This document shows, one piece after another, positions 12,963-26,400 of a stretch of 64,000 nt of DNA. How positions within the stretch are numbered: the stretch's first letter is position 1; the number at the start of each line of letters is the position of its first letter. The notes beneath the pieces are model-generated. The model was not told where the DNA came from. It ran no database searches and saw only the letters and a program-made list of their open reading frames with translations. A program made the translations under genes and the position numbers. The DNA comes from Glaucostegus cemiculus (taxonomy: Eukaryota), in NCBI GenBank assembly GCA_976551045.1, contig CDPCPM010000052.1:12772001-12836000 (forward strand), written 5' to 3'.

Positions 12963-14409
12963 AAGAGAGACGTGAATTAAAAGGCCCCCACTGAGACACG
13001 GGTGTGCAGCTGTCTGGATCTTCCTGCCCAAGTTTTTAAAGCTCCACATACTTCACATGTCATTGTTGAAGTTCGGAGTACCCATTGCATTGGCATAGAT
13101 GGGTACTTGATAGCTGGCACAGGCAGGGTGGGCCGATGGGCCTGTTTCCATGCTGTTAGACTCGATGAAACTGGTTGCTGCATTTTCAACATTTCAGCAC
13201 TGACGACACATTGAAAGTACTTCACTGGTTGTCAAGAGCCTTTGCAATTCCCTGAACATGAGGTATTATATAAATGCAAGTACTTCAGTGCCAGGCAAAG
13301 GTGGGAAGAGGGGGGAGAAAGTGAGAAACTTTTATCCAAGAGAGGCCACTGGACCCAGAGAGGCAGAAAGTACAGAGCAGATGGAATAAAGGCAGTCACT
13401 TTCCACACAGTGATCTCACTCCGGAAGTATGCTGCTGGTTGAGCAGAGGCTGATTACATGGCTAACTCGCTGATCCTTGTAAATCAGTCAACTTTGCAGA
13501 ACATTTTCCATCTGGAACAGGAATTTAGACTCAAGTGTTTTTGTTGGAGCATGGACACAATACAGTGGAAAAGAATGGGACAGGGTTTGGTGAGTTGGAA
13601 TCCCATGTTTGGGTTATAGTTCCACAGAGATATGGTACATTTGTGCCCAAAGGCTACAATGTCTTTCACAAGGGAAGGGTAATCGTTCCATCAGCAGGAA
13701 GCCTCACGCCCTGCATGTAACTTCAGGGTACCATGACCACAATTAAGTGTGCTGGCTAGGTATGTTGTAACATATTACAGTGGGTGCTGAAAGAGCTGTA
13801 CATGTACATGCAAATGTTTGGTGTGGACCAAGTTGAAAAAAGCTGTTAAGCCCTTGCTTTTTATTGGGAAAATAAAGCAAAAGGACAGAGTACAGAATCA
13901 AAGTGATTATACAAAATAAATCACTGATTAACCTCGGAAGGAGAACTCTGGGCAATTCCAGGTACCAGGTTACAGGAAGGGGTGCCAGGCTTTAGGAAGA
14001 GACTCAGGCCACCGGGTGCAGGGGAGATTTACTAGAATGGTGCTGAGGAAGAGGAACTTTGGTTATAGGGAGAGACTGGAGGAGCTGGGATTGTTCTCTG
14101 TAGAGGGAAGTCAGAGAGTGGTTTGACAGAGGTGTTCAAAACGTAAATGCTCAGCCTTACTGGCAGTGCAAGTGGGAAGAGGATGATGGTGCTGAGGGAG
14201 ATGGAGCCTGTGAAGTTAGGCTGTAGAGGAAGGACAGAGTCATCTGCAAAGATGGGTACTAGCCCTGGGGCAACATTGTGAGTAGAGGATGGTCAGAGGG
14301 CATGTCAATGTTGGGAAGGTATGGCACTCTTTGTTGATCTGGGGAATGGAGGATGAGAGAGGGTAGGATGGTTGCCAACCCCAGGGGTATAGAAGAGGCA
14401 CTAACACGT

Positions 14410-16545
14410 ATAGTCATAGAGTCCTACCACGTGGAGACAGGCCATTCAGCCCGCATGTCCATGCGGAACCAGTGGGCACCAATCCGCACTGATCCCTTGG
14501 CCCATGCACTTCTATGCCTATGTGATTAAAGTGCTCATCTAGAGACTTCTTAAAATGCTGACCTCTCTTCAACCACTCTCTCAGGCAGTGCATTGTAGGT
14601 ACTCACCAGTCTCTGGGTGAAAAAGCCCGTCAGATCCCTACTGAATCTCTTGCCCCTTATTCTCAATCTAAGTGCTTTTGTTTTGTCTACCTCTGATATG
14701 GGGAAACATTTTGTGCAGTCGACCTAATCCCTTGTACAGTAATTTTATATACATCTCAGTTAAAGCCCCAGCAATCTCTTTGCTTGCCTCCCACAGCAGC
14801 CTGGGATAGATCACGTCCAGCCCTGGGGATTTATCCACCTTTAAGCTCAATAAGGCATTGGGTACCTCTGCTTTATTTATTGAGACTTGCTCCAGACTTT
14901 CACCTTCCATTTGCTAAATCCTCTAATCACAAAGTCTGTTTCCTTAGTGAACACTGATGTCAAGAATTCATTTAGGGTCACTGGTGTACTTTCTGGCTCC
15001 ATACACAGATTGTCCCTCTTGTCCTAATGGGCCCTATTCTTTCCTTGGTTATTCTTTTTCCCTTAATATACTTATAGAACACCTTCATATTAACCTTAAT
15101 CCTATCTGCCAGTGATATTTCATGACCCCTCTTTGTCTCCCAACTTTCCTCTCCAAGCACTTCCCTACACTATTTGTACTCTTGACAGACCTCACTTGTC
15201 TTAAGTTCCCAATACCTGCCATGTTTCCTTTATCACTTTATCCAACACTCAGTAACCTTTGACATCCAGGGTTCACTGAACTTGTTACCCCTGGCTTTTA
15301 CCCTAGTTCATGTTGGCCATGAACTCTTGCTATTTCTTCTCTGAATGCTTTCCACTGGGCAGATGTGGACTTGCCTGCAAGTAGATGCTTCCAGTCAACT
15401 TTAGCCAGGTCCTGTCTTATTCTAAAAAATTAGCTTTACCCCAATTTAAGATGTTTATTTCTGATTGATCTCTATCTTTTTCAATAACCACTTTGAAATA
15501 TATGGCGTTATGGTCACTATTCCCAAAATGCTCCCCACTGACATACTCTCCACTGGACCAGCTTCATTCCCCAAGGTAAGGTCCAGTAATACTCTTTCCA
15601 TTGTTGCTCTATCTACATACTGTGTCAAAAAGCTCTCTTGAACACATCTCCAAAGTTCTGCTTCCTCTGACTTAAGGCAAGCCAGTTAATATTCGGGATA
15701 TTAGAATCCCCTAGTACTATAACCCTATTGTTATTGCACCTCTCTGATATCTGCCTACAGATCTGTTCTTCTATCACTTTTCAACTATCGGGAGGTCTGT
15801 AATACATCCCAAGCAAAGAGACAATGCCCATTTTGTTTCTAATCATTTGGGAAGACTTCTAGAATATCTTCTCTCAATAATGAAGTAATGCAGTCATTGA
15901 CTTAGCAGACCGACACCAGCTCTTCTTTCACTTCCCCCATCTCGCCTGAATATTTTATACTCCGGGATATTATGTTGCCAGTCCTGCGTCTCCTTCAACC
16001 AAATCCCAATGATAGCAACAATACTGTATTTCCCACATAAATTACAGCTTTGAGTTCATCCATCTTACTAGTTAGACTCCTTGCATTAAAATAAATGGAA
16101 CTTAGCATTGAATTCCCTTGATGTGCACTCACCCTGTCTTCTGTCTACTGAACTCTATTTCTCCTCGAGGTGATTATACCTCTCCATCTAGACATCCACT
16201 CTGAGCCCCATTCCTCTGCCAACTCAGTTTAAACCCACAGCAACAGCACTAGCAACCCACCCTGCAAGGATGTTGGCCCCATTCTGGTGAAGGTGCAACC
16301 TGTCCCACTTGTACATCCCCAGAAACAATCCCAACAATTAAGGAACCGAAAGCCCATCCCCCTGCACCATTCCTTCAGCCACACAACTACCAGACCTGTA
16401 CTTCTATTCCTCTAGCCACTAGCTTGTGGCACCAGAAGCAATCCAAAGATTACAACCTTTGAAGTCCTACTCTGAAAATGGCTATCAAGCTCCCTAAACT
16501 CTTGTTGCAGGACATTATCCCTTCTCTTACCTATGTTGTGCAGCC
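14410..16545 (-). mobile_element. Internally deleted CR1 LINE (5' part and endonuclease region joined to 3' end)
   Basis: Minus ORFs LKVDKSPGLDVIYPRLLWEA and LADRIKVNMKVFYKYIKGKRITKERIGP are CR1 ORF2; 3' tail at ~14410-14480. Confidence 0.85.
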
Positions 16546-17099
16546 ACTACAACACACCCCAGGGGAAAAATTAATCAGCAGTATTAAAAATGATGCAAAT
16601 CAAAAAAAATTGGACATGTGGGTGGGAAGAAAGGCCATTTACCTGATAGGTTAGAATCATCCAATCAGGGTCCAAAGCAGCATTCACTTTCTGATTGGTG
16701 TGTAAAGATTGACAGGTTAGGGGACCAATGGAGGGAGTACATGGTTGGAAGCAGGATGTGGTGAACCCCCAGAAAAATGCCCAAGCAGAGGTGGCATCTA
16801 TTACCACTTAGCTTTCATTACACACTCATTCCCTTGGAAGGTTCAAAGAAGAAACAGTGAGGCTTTCACATTAAGCAAAATCTGAGCCCATTTCATCTAC
16901 TAATGTGACAATCAGTATACAGTGTTCACCAAAGCACAATCTTCAAGAAAGTGTTTGCAGATCAGTTTATTTATTCTGGCACAACATTAATCCCTGTCTG
17001 TGCCCTTTTCAATCAGTAAAGCCATTCATTTCCATTCATCCAAAACTCCATTTCCTAAAACTCAACTCACACCAACTGCTCACACCAGTCAGTTTTGTT

Positions 17100-17522
17100 C
17101 TCACTGAACTAATCTGACTCCCAGTCGAACCAACACTTCAATTTTAAATTTTCCATCAAATTCCTCCATCATTTAGTCCCTCCCCAGTTCTATAAACACC
17201 TCCAACTCCTCAGAGATCTCCATACGGCTCCTATTCTGGTCTCCGAAACATCCTGTTTTGAACTGCTTGATGTTGGAGGCCGAGTCTTCAGCTGCTTAGG
17301 GCCTAAGTTCTGGATTTCCCTCCAGAAGATTCTCCACTGCTCCACCTCTCCCTTTCTTTAAGCTGCTCCTTAAAACCAACATCTTTGACTGAGCTTTTGG
17401 TGAAGTGGTCAAATTGACATCACCTTCACCTTTGTCTCACTTTGCCAATCTTTGTCTTGCTTGACCTGCATCTAACATCCCGAGGACATTTAGTTCATTA
17501 AAACTGCTATACGAATGCAAGG
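17100..17522 (+). mobile_element. L2-type LINE 3' fragment
   Basis: TTCAATTTTAAATTTT...CTCCTTAAAACCAACATCTTTGAC...GCTATACGAATGCAAG tail. Confidence 0.6.
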
Positions 17523-18219
17523 CTTTGATGATTTTGCCACTCAGTCCCTCCACTCCCTCACAGCATCTGGTCTCATTCTTCTCTGCATTGGGTCAATACT
17601 TCCAAAAAGGGAATGACCTTTCCTTGACCCCTCTGATGAAATATCACAGACTGAGATGTTTGACTTTAGAGGAAGGATGTCCAGGAAAGAAATGTCCCAG
17701 GCCCATGGAGAGAGGTGACATTGCCATTCCGCTCCGTCTCCAACAATTCCTACATGGCTTTTCAAATGTTGAGAGAACTTTACTGACCTCTTCAGAACAA
17801 GCAACATAACAGGAAGCACTCACACCTCGAAGCAGTCAAAGTTGGAAACTTACTTCACATATTTCCAACCACTTCAACCTCGACATTGAATAAAACTTAC
17901 AATGTGAGAGCTGGAAGCTCTGTCACTCAAACATAATTCCTGAGAGCTGGAACACTGCCTGGTCTAGCTAACGTACTGGCATCAGGAAAATAGGTGAGGG
18001 GCAGCAGCTGTTGCCAAGGCAAGTTAGCAAAGCTCTTGGAAAAGAAAACAAGGCTGGTTTTTGAACCGGGCCAATTACTGACAGGGCTGGCTGCCTTGCC
18101 AGGCCTCCCAACCTCCTGTGAAGTGGTAGCATACCAAAGGTACCAAGTCAATGCACAGTGATCCAGCTTAACACCATAACTCACATACAGTCAGTGTCAA
18201 TCATAATGGTAGACACACA

Positions 18220-18720
18220 GAAACATAGAAATTAGAAGCAGAAAGAGACCATTTGGCCCTTCAAGCCTGCTCTGCCATTCAAAATGATCATGGCTAACCA
18301 TCCAAATTTATTCCCTGTTCTCCATACCCCTTTGATCTTTTAGTCATGAGAATTATATCTAACTCCTTCAATATATGGAATGATTTGGCCTCAAGTACCT
18401 TCTATGGTATAGGATTCCACAGGTTCACCACTCTCTGGGTGAAGAAAATTCTTCTCATCTCAGTCCCAAATGACCCCACCCCCCACCATATCCTTAGGTT
18501 GTTACCCCTGGTTCCGAACAACTCCCCCATCAGAAATCTCTTTCCTGAAACCAGTCCATTGTTTCTGTCAGGATTTTACAAGTTTCAGTGAGGTCCCTTC
18601 TCATACTTCTAAAGTCAAGCGAATATATGCCCAATCATTCAAATATCTCTTCCAAACATCCCAGGAATCAGAGTGGTGAACCTTTGCTGAACCCATTCCA
18701 TCATAAGATCCATCCTAACA
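18220..18720 (-). mobile_element. CR1 LINE 3' fragment
   Basis: AGAAACATAGAAATTAGAAGCAG tail; TTCCACAGGTTCACCACTCTCTGGGTGAAG. Confidence 0.75.
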
Positions 18721-20554
18721 TCACAGCACACATAGTTAGTGTCAAACACAATGAAGCATCCTAAAAGACCAGTGCATGTTCAACTTTAAACCACAATGAC
18801 CCTTCTTTGCACAAATTCAACCAAAGCCCATAACAACATGGCAAGACCTACCACTGAACAGGGAGTCAAGGATCAAGAACTGGAAAAGAGAGCTAAATTG
18901 TAAAGGTTCAAACAGAGAACAAGAAGCTATGGAAGAAAGACTGAGCAAGGACTTGGGGAGCCTTACTTGCGTTTGAGGTCTTATGAAAAAATGAGTTCAT
19001 TTAGCAGTGGATACAATTATCGACACTCAGGACACAGGGAAGGGTAACAGCACAGAGAGGATATGATGATGAGGAGGAGGAAAGTTGGATAGGACAACTT
19101 GCACACAAATCTGAAACCGAGAGAAACCAGCAAAGCTGGAGGTGAGTGGAGACAGAACAATGATTTATATTTCAACCCTCTGCCATGACTGGTCAATGGA
19201 GCATCCTTCCCCTCCCACCACACCCCCACCCCCCAAGAAATGGGTAGGATTGCTGCGTAATAACTGGCATTTAGCACTTTATGCTATTCAAGCTAAACCC
19301 CAAACCTCCAAGCCCAGGTTGAAAGCAGACAACCTTGCGCAGAATGGGGACATCTAATTCTTACATCTAAACAGAATGTTCACATCTAATTCTTCATCAA
19401 AAGTCAATGTACCAGAGCATGAAGTTCTGATTCAGTTGCACCACTACACATTACTTTTTGAAAAAGGAAGTCAAAAATTGAAATCAGGGTGGAGGCACAG
19501 TCCATTCATACACCAGTTGACTGCTGGGACACACAATCTGTCGTGTGCTTAGCCAATGGTAGAATACTCAAACCTGATAAACAGAGCCAGTGCTAAAAAA
19601 AACCATCTTGTTCTTTACTGAACCCGCGCTGAGACAATAAGTTATGATGTACATTAAGCCAGTACACAGGCAGAGTCCTGCTAGACACTTAGACAGCACT
19701 GGGACATCCAGTGAGCAGTACAGAGAATTGGATCTGGTATACTCATTTCAGTAATAGGCTGAATCATTACTAGGACACCAATTCTGTGCTGGCACACTCA
19801 GAGCAGGGGACCAGTACTAGGAGATTCAGAGCCAGTGCTGAGATAATCTGTCCTGTTATACAATGTGCAGTTGCAGGGACAGACTGTCCTGTTACATATT
19901 GAGCCAGTGTTCAGGCACAAAGATCTGTTGTACACAGAGCCAACGTAGGGGCATGCAGACCTGATATCCAGTGCTACAAACACCACTCAATCATACACTG
20001 AGGCAGTGCTGGGAATTACTGTCCTACTATGTGAGGTATTAGGACTCTCAATACTGTTACACACTAAGGTAGTGCTTGTCCTGTTGTACAATAAGCCAGT
20101 GCTGAGAGACCCCATCCTGTTATACATGAAACCGAGGCTGGGACATACTGTCCCATTTCACACCAAGTCAGTGCTAGGACACCTGTTATACAACGAACCA
20201 GTGCTGGGGCACCTAGTCCCTGTTATACACTGTGCCAGTGGTGGGATATTTAGTCCCATTATACAGTGCACCGGTGCTGGGAAATTCAGTTCTGTCACAG
20301 ACAGAACCAGTGTTGGAACACTCAAGTTCAGTTACACATTGAGCCAGTACTGGAAAACACAACAATGCTACCTTTGTGCAAATTTTGGAAAGCACTGTCC
20401 TGTTACACACTGACCCAGTCCTTGGAAACTTAGTCCTGTTAGACAGTGAACTAGTGCTGGAACACACAATCCTGTTATGCATTGAGCCACTGCTGTGACA
20501 CATGAACTTGACACACAGTGCTTCCATGTTGGAACTGTCATTCCTTTGATACAT

Positions 20555-21590
20555 TGTCAGCTATTCACAATATATATCAATTATCAAGATGAATGAACCA
20601 AATGTAATACTTAAATTTGCTGACAACATGAAACTGGTTGGGGTTGGAGTTGTGAGGATGTAAAGCGGCTTCAAGGCAACTTCGACAAGTTCAGTGAGTG
20701 GGAAAATACACGGCAGATGCAGCATAATGTGGATACATGTAAAGTCACCCCCTTGGTAGGAAGAGCTATAAGGTAAAGTGTAATTAAATGGTGATAGATA
20801 AGGAAATGTTTATACACAAAGGGATCAGGATGTCCGTGTACACTAGTCACTGAAAAACAACATTTTGTGTTTTCCAGTACTGGCGCAATGTGTAACTGAA
20901 TTGAGTGTTCCAACACTGGTTCTGTCTATAATAGAACTGAATTTCCCAGCACTGGTGCACTGTATAATGGGATCCCACCACTGGCACAGTGTATAACAGG
21001 TGAAGTGAGCAGTTAAGAAGACAATGGTATATTGGCCTTCATTGCAAGAGATCGAGAGTCCAGGAGCAAGAATGTCTTACTACAATTATACAGGATCTTG
21101 GTGAGGATACATCTGGAGTATTGGGTGCACTTGCCATAGATGGAGCCTAATTCCTGACTGTCGTATGAGGAGAGATTGATTAATTAGAGCTTAGAAGAAT
21201 GAAAGAAGAGCTCATTGAAACATACAAAACTCTGTGGGCTTGACAGGCTGGGTACAGGGAGGATGTTTTCCCTGGCTGGGAATGTTATTGGGAATCCTGG
21301 CTTTAGAACCAGGAGTCACTGACTCAGGATACAGGACAATACATTTAGGACTGAGATGATGAGAAACTTCGACACTCAGAAGATAATGAACCTTTGGAAT
21401 TCTCTACACAGGAGGTTTTGGAGACCTCGTCACTGAATATATTTCTAGGTATGAATATGATTTCTAGGTGCAAAAGACATCAAGTGGAATGGGAAGAGAA
21501 CAAGAAAATAGTTTCAAGATAGAGGGTCAGCCATGATCATATTGAATGGCAGAGCAGGCCTGAAGGGCTGAATGGCCTACTCCTGCTCCA
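20555..21590 (+). mobile_element. CR1 LINE (RT to 3' end) inserted in the 36-bp array
   Basis: AAATTTGCTGACAAC (KFADD-like), TGGCCTTCATTGCAAGAG, tail GGGCTGAATGGCCTACTCCTGCTCC. Confidence 0.85.
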
Positions 21591-21664
21591 CTGAGATGCA
21601 ATTAGGTTCCACGGTCCTGTTGTACATTAAGCCGGTATCGGGACCCTCAGTCCTGTTGCGCATT

Positions 21665-21920
21665 GATCTCTTGCTGCTACCCCAAGCACTGCTGCATCGA
21701 CCCAGGACCTAACACTGCGATGCTGTTTGTGTGGTGTTTGCACTTCCTCCGTGTGTCCACTTGGGACTCTTCTGAGGGTTCCACTTTCCTCCCACATCCC
21801 AAAACTGTAGATGCTGGTAGGTTAATTGGCTCCTGCAACATTACCCTTTCTGTGGAAATAGGTGGAAGAATGTGACTGATTTGAGAGCTGGCGTGGACAC
21901 AATGGGCTAAATGGCCTCAA
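21665..21920 (+). mobile_element. HE1/V-SINE-like copy
   Basis: TTTGCACTTCCTCCGTG...TTCCTCCCACATCCCAAAA...GGTTAATTGGC V-domain text. Confidence 0.65.
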
Positions 21921-21974
21921 TTTGTGAAACACGTAAGAAATAGTAGACCAGGAGTGGGGCACTTATTCACAGAG

Positions 21975-22235
21975 CCATGGAGAGATACAACATGGAAACA
22001 GGCACCAACTATCATCCTATATTAATCCCACTTTTTGTTCTCTCCACATTCTCATCAACTCCCCCAGATTCCAACAGTTAACTACACACTAGAGGCAACT
22101 TACAGCACCCAATTAACCTACCTTTGATGTGTGGGAGGAAACTTGAGGGCCGAGAGAAAACCCACGTCATCACAGGGAGAACTTGCAAACTTCACACAGA
22201 CAGCACCCAAGGTCAGGATTGAACTTGAGGTGCCA
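21975..22235 (-). mobile_element. HE1/V-SINE-like copy, opposite orientation
   Basis: GTGGGAGGAAAC...GGGAGAACTTGCAAACTTCACACAGACAGCACCCAAGGTCAGGATTGAAC. Confidence 0.7.
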
Positions 22236-22639
22236 CCTATTTACACAGCGCCAATGTTGAGACACTGACTCTTATTACACACAGAGTGGGTATGGGGACA
22301 TTTAATCCTGTCTTATACACAGCCAGTGCTGCAACACTGATCATATATTACTCCAGTGCAATGGCACACATTCCTGTCATTCAGCTGGATTTGGGACACT
22401 TAGTCCTGTTGTATACTGATTTAATGCTTGGTCACACAATTGTTTTCGACATTGCGTCAGTGATTAGTCACAGAGTCTTGTTTTACGTTGAGCCAGTGCT
22501 GGGACGCTCAGTCACATTTTACACTGACTTAGTCCTGTGACCCTCAGCCTTGTATTACATTGAATCAGTAGTGAGAGACTCAGTTCTGTTACACACAGAG
22601 CTAGTGTTGGGACTTGAGACAGCACTAGAACATAAAGAA

Positions 22640-23620
22640 ATAAAAGCATGAAATGTGGGGAACACTCAGTGAGTCAGGCAGCATCTGTGGAGAGAGACAC
22701 ATTTCAGGTTGCAGACCCTTTGTCAGAAGTGGAAAAGAAAGAAAGACATTTCCTGGAACACCTGGAACCCTTATACATTATGTCAGGGCTGGGCCATTCC
22801 TATCATGTATTAAGCCCACACTACCTTTCTATATAGTTTTGGTACACTGTGTAATCTAGGTACAAAACTAGGGTGGTAAGCTTAATCAAAGCCACTTATA
22901 TGGGTATAAAGGGTAAGTTGGATAAAGTGGATGAGAAATTGAAGGGGGTGATGTCAGATGAGTACCAGCAGACCCTTAAAGGTGCGTTTCATAGTTATCA
23001 ATAAAGATGCAAACAACAGAGGAATAAGGAATCTTTAGGAAACTGATTCATCCAATGTGAAGTGAAGAGGTTGGTGGTGCTATTGATGGAAAAGATTTGT
23101 AAACCTTTAAAACAAATCATGGAGATACAAGAGACTGCAGATGCTCAAATCTGGAGCAACAAACTACTGGAGAAACTCAGCAGGTCAGGCTGCATCTGTG
23201 GAGGGAAATGGACAGTCGATATGTTGGATGTTCCCACAGTGCACATATTGCTATGTTCACTCCTGTCTGACAGACTCAGTGCTGGAAAATCAAGCCTGTT
23301 ATACACTGATCATCAACCCAAAATACTATTGCTGTTTCTCCATCCACAGATGCTACTTGACCCGCTGAGTATTTCCACATTTTCTGTGTTGTGGCACTCT
23401 GTTCTGCTATACACAGATGTTTAGCTGGGTCATTCAATCTGGCTACTCATCAATCGAGGCTCAGGTACTTAGTCACTTTACGTATTAGTGACAATCAATT
23501 TGCTGGAGGAACTCAGCGTGTTGAGCATCATCTGTGGGAGGAAAGGAATTGTCAATGTTTTGGGTCAAAACCCTGCACCTGTTTGTTGCTCCAGATTCCA
23601 GCATCTGCAGTCTCTTGCGT
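22640..23620. mobile_element. Cluster of Penelope-terminus-like hairpin arms (22640-22745, 23120-23228, 23315-23388, 23495-23620)
   Basis: Each contains (GCA)TCTGTGG(A/G)G or its reverse complement, matching the 3003-3202 element. Confidence 0.65.
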
Positions 23621-24014
23621 CCTCACTTTATGCGTTGATGGACACTGGGGCATTGTCCTGCTCTACATAGCCAATACTGTGATGTTCTCCCAGTTTTGTG
23701 ATCTACTGCTCCAATGTTGGGACCTTCAGTCCTGTTGTACACAGTTCTGGTGCTGTGTTATGTAGAACAGATCTGATGCTGAGTTACATAGAACATGGAC
23801 CTTGTGTTATATAGAACACAAAGCCAATTCTGGGATCCTCAATCTTGTGATATACCAAATATGCAATGAGCCATTCTATCCTATTATACACTTACTGAGC
23901 ACTGAAACACATGACATTGTAATATAAAAAGCCATTGTTTTATCCTCAGCCTTCTGATACACTGACTAACTAGGTATTTGGGATGGTGAAAGTAAGGACA
24001 TGGGCATCAACACT

Positions 24015-24265
24015 CATGGTTCAATTCTGACCGCTGTCTATAAGGAGTTTATAAGTTCTCCCCATGACTGCGTGGGTTTCCTCCAGGTACTCCAGTTTCC
24101 TCCCACATTCCAAAGATGTACGGATTAGGAAGTTGTGGGCATGCTGTGTTGGCGCCGGAAGCGTGGCAACACTTACGGGCTGCCCCAGAACACTCTACGC
24201 AAAAGATGCATTGCACTGTGTTTCAATGTACATGTGACCAATAAAGATATCTTATTTTATCTCTT
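24015..24265 (+). mobile_element. V-domain SINE with alternative 3' tail; second copy at 56605-56833
   Basis: GTGGGTTTCCTCC...CCCACATTCCAAAGA...AGGAAGTTGTGGGCA...GTACATGTGAC occurs at both loci. Confidence 0.75.
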
Positions 24266-24519
24266 ATGTTAACTGGGGGGCAAGTCAGGAAAGCTTTTGA
24301 ACATTCATTTGTTGAGGGTTTCAGTACAAATGGGCTGGGGCCAGGGAGGATATTGGAGGTGTTAATGGGATGCAAGCTCAGATCACTGTCAAAGTTGAAT
24401 GTAAGATTGTGAATGGTCTGAAATATAAACAGAACATGCTGGAAACACTCAGCATGTCAGACAGCATCTGTGGAAACAAAAACAGAATTAATGCTTCAGG
24501 TCTGAGAACCTTTGTCAAA

Positions 24520-25530
24520 ACCACCCTTAGTGTCCTGGGAGAGGGACTGCTGGGGAGCAGAGATTGTGACTAGGACTGATGACGCCGACTTTGATCTTCC
24601 CACAATTTAACTGGTACACAGAAACAAGATAGTAAGCAAGCAATGTTATAGATCAAAGGACGTGAGTTGGCGAAGAGGGATTGTGGGATAGTGCTGAGGT
24701 AGAGTTCAATATCTTCAGCTTCTGTGTGGAAGCCGATCTATGTTGGATGATGTCACAAAAGGGCAGCACAGAAACAGGAAGGATCCAAGGGCAGATCTTT
24801 GGGTTATTCTTGAAGAGAAGTTTAAAATGAAGGCATTGCTTAACAGGAAGGCAGTATAGGTCAGCAATGCATTGTAGTGATTGGGGCAAGAGACCTGCAA
24901 CAAGTGAGAATGCAACAGAGAGTGAAGGTGGCAACAGAGGCAGAAACAGGGATGACATGGATATGAAACCAGACACTAAACCTATGGTCAAGATTGTGGA
25001 CAATATATTCAGTGTCAGGCATTTGCCAGCGAGAAGGATGGAGTCGATGGATGGACAATGGAGGATATGGTGGTGATGGACAATGATGACTTTGGTCTTC
25101 TGAATATTTAATCTGAAGAAATTTCTGTTCCTCCAATGCTGGATGTCAGGCAAACAACCTGCAAAACTGGACACGGTAGAGGGGTCAAGATAGCTGGTGG
25201 GGAGGAAAAGCCATGTGTCATCAGTATGCGTATGAACAATGACTCTATGAGTTAGAGTGGTGTTGTTGAGTGGGAGACACCTGGAGTAATGATGTAGTCA
25301 TGGGATGAGAACCACTGCTTTAGCTACAACTGGAAAAATAATTGAGCCAGGCAAGTCCTGTTACATTCTGCTGGACAACCATGAAGAGCAATGGAGGAGC
25401 ATGGTGCGGTCAAAGGCCATAGTAAGGTCAAGAGGAATAGATTATCTTTGACACAATTACACAGGATGTGATTAGTGACTTTGATCAGAGCCATTTCAGT
25501 GCAATGGTGGGGGCAGAAACCTGAATGGAC
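24520..25530 (-). mobile_element. L2-clade LINE RT fragment
   Basis: Minus ORFs SGFCPHHCTEMALIKVTNHIL and CLPDIQHWRNRNFFRLNIQKTKVII. Confidence 0.8.
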
Positions 25531-25699
25531 CGATTTAGTCAAGGATTTCTATGTGAAAGGCCACAGGAAGGTAGCATTGGATGTCACAGGACTGGAAGTG
25601 GTCAGTCCCCTTATAAATTTACAAAGAATTCAAGATGGGTGCCTGGTCAGAATGAATGCACGGAAATGTGTTCTCCTTAACCATGAAAGGGTATAATTC

Positions 25700-26130
25700 C
25701 TTTAGAGTGGGTGCAGCAAAGCTTCAGTAAGTTGATGGGCTGGGTTGAGAAGCCAGTCTAGTGAGGAGCATTAAGTAGAATAAGCATTAAATGCCTGTAG
25801 TTTTGAAGAATGAAAGGAGCTGACTTATCAGTAGGTGCTGAGAGGCTGGCCCCTCAGGAAAGAAAACCTAGAACTTGGGGTCAAAAGGAATTAATTTTTT
25901 TTGGACTCAGAGGGGAAGAAATTCTTTCACTCAGAAGCTGGATCTCCCTGTCCCAGTGAATTGTGGTCACTCGGGCACTGAGTAATCCAAGGCTGAGCAC
26001 AATAGATTTTAGGCACTAAGGGAATAAAGGGAAATGGGGAGTGAAGGTGGGGGGTGGGGAGAAGTGAACTTGAGGATCAGCCATGATCACTTTGATTGGG
26101 GAACAACCTTGAGGAGCTGAATAGCTGACA
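25700..26130 (+). mobile_element. Old CR1 3' fragment
   Basis: GAGTGGGTGCAGCAAAGCTTCA...GATCAGCCATGATC tail. Confidence 0.6.
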
Positions 26131-26169
26131 CTGAAGAGAACATTGTATCCTCAAGTTCAGAGGTATCAA

Positions 26170-26400
26170 AATCAGGCTGACATTTTCAACAGCAGATGAA
26201 ATGGAGCAGGGTGGAGGCAGGTGATGTTATGGAAGAGGATGCAGGCAGCTTTGGTGATGGAGACTATGCAGCATTGGATAAAGCAGAATGCCAGTAGTTC
26301 TGGTTCACCGAGACAGGAACAGGAGGAGTTTTGGAGTTGGTGACCAGGGAAGACAGTTTTCTCAATACTTAATTGGAGGAACTTTCTGCTCATTCAAGAC
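26170..26400 (-). mobile_element. L2 LINE fragment
   Basis: Minus ORF MSRKFLQLSIEKT...SITKAACILFHNI. Confidence 0.6.

Larger units (their letters stand above)
19500..23970. repeat. Ancient degenerate 36-bp tandem array (consensus ~CAGTCCTGTTATACACTGAGCCAGTGCTGGGACACT), interrupted by later insertions
   Basis: TCCTGTTA at 19851 and 19887 gives a 36-nt period; units resume after each inserted element. Confidence 0.8.
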
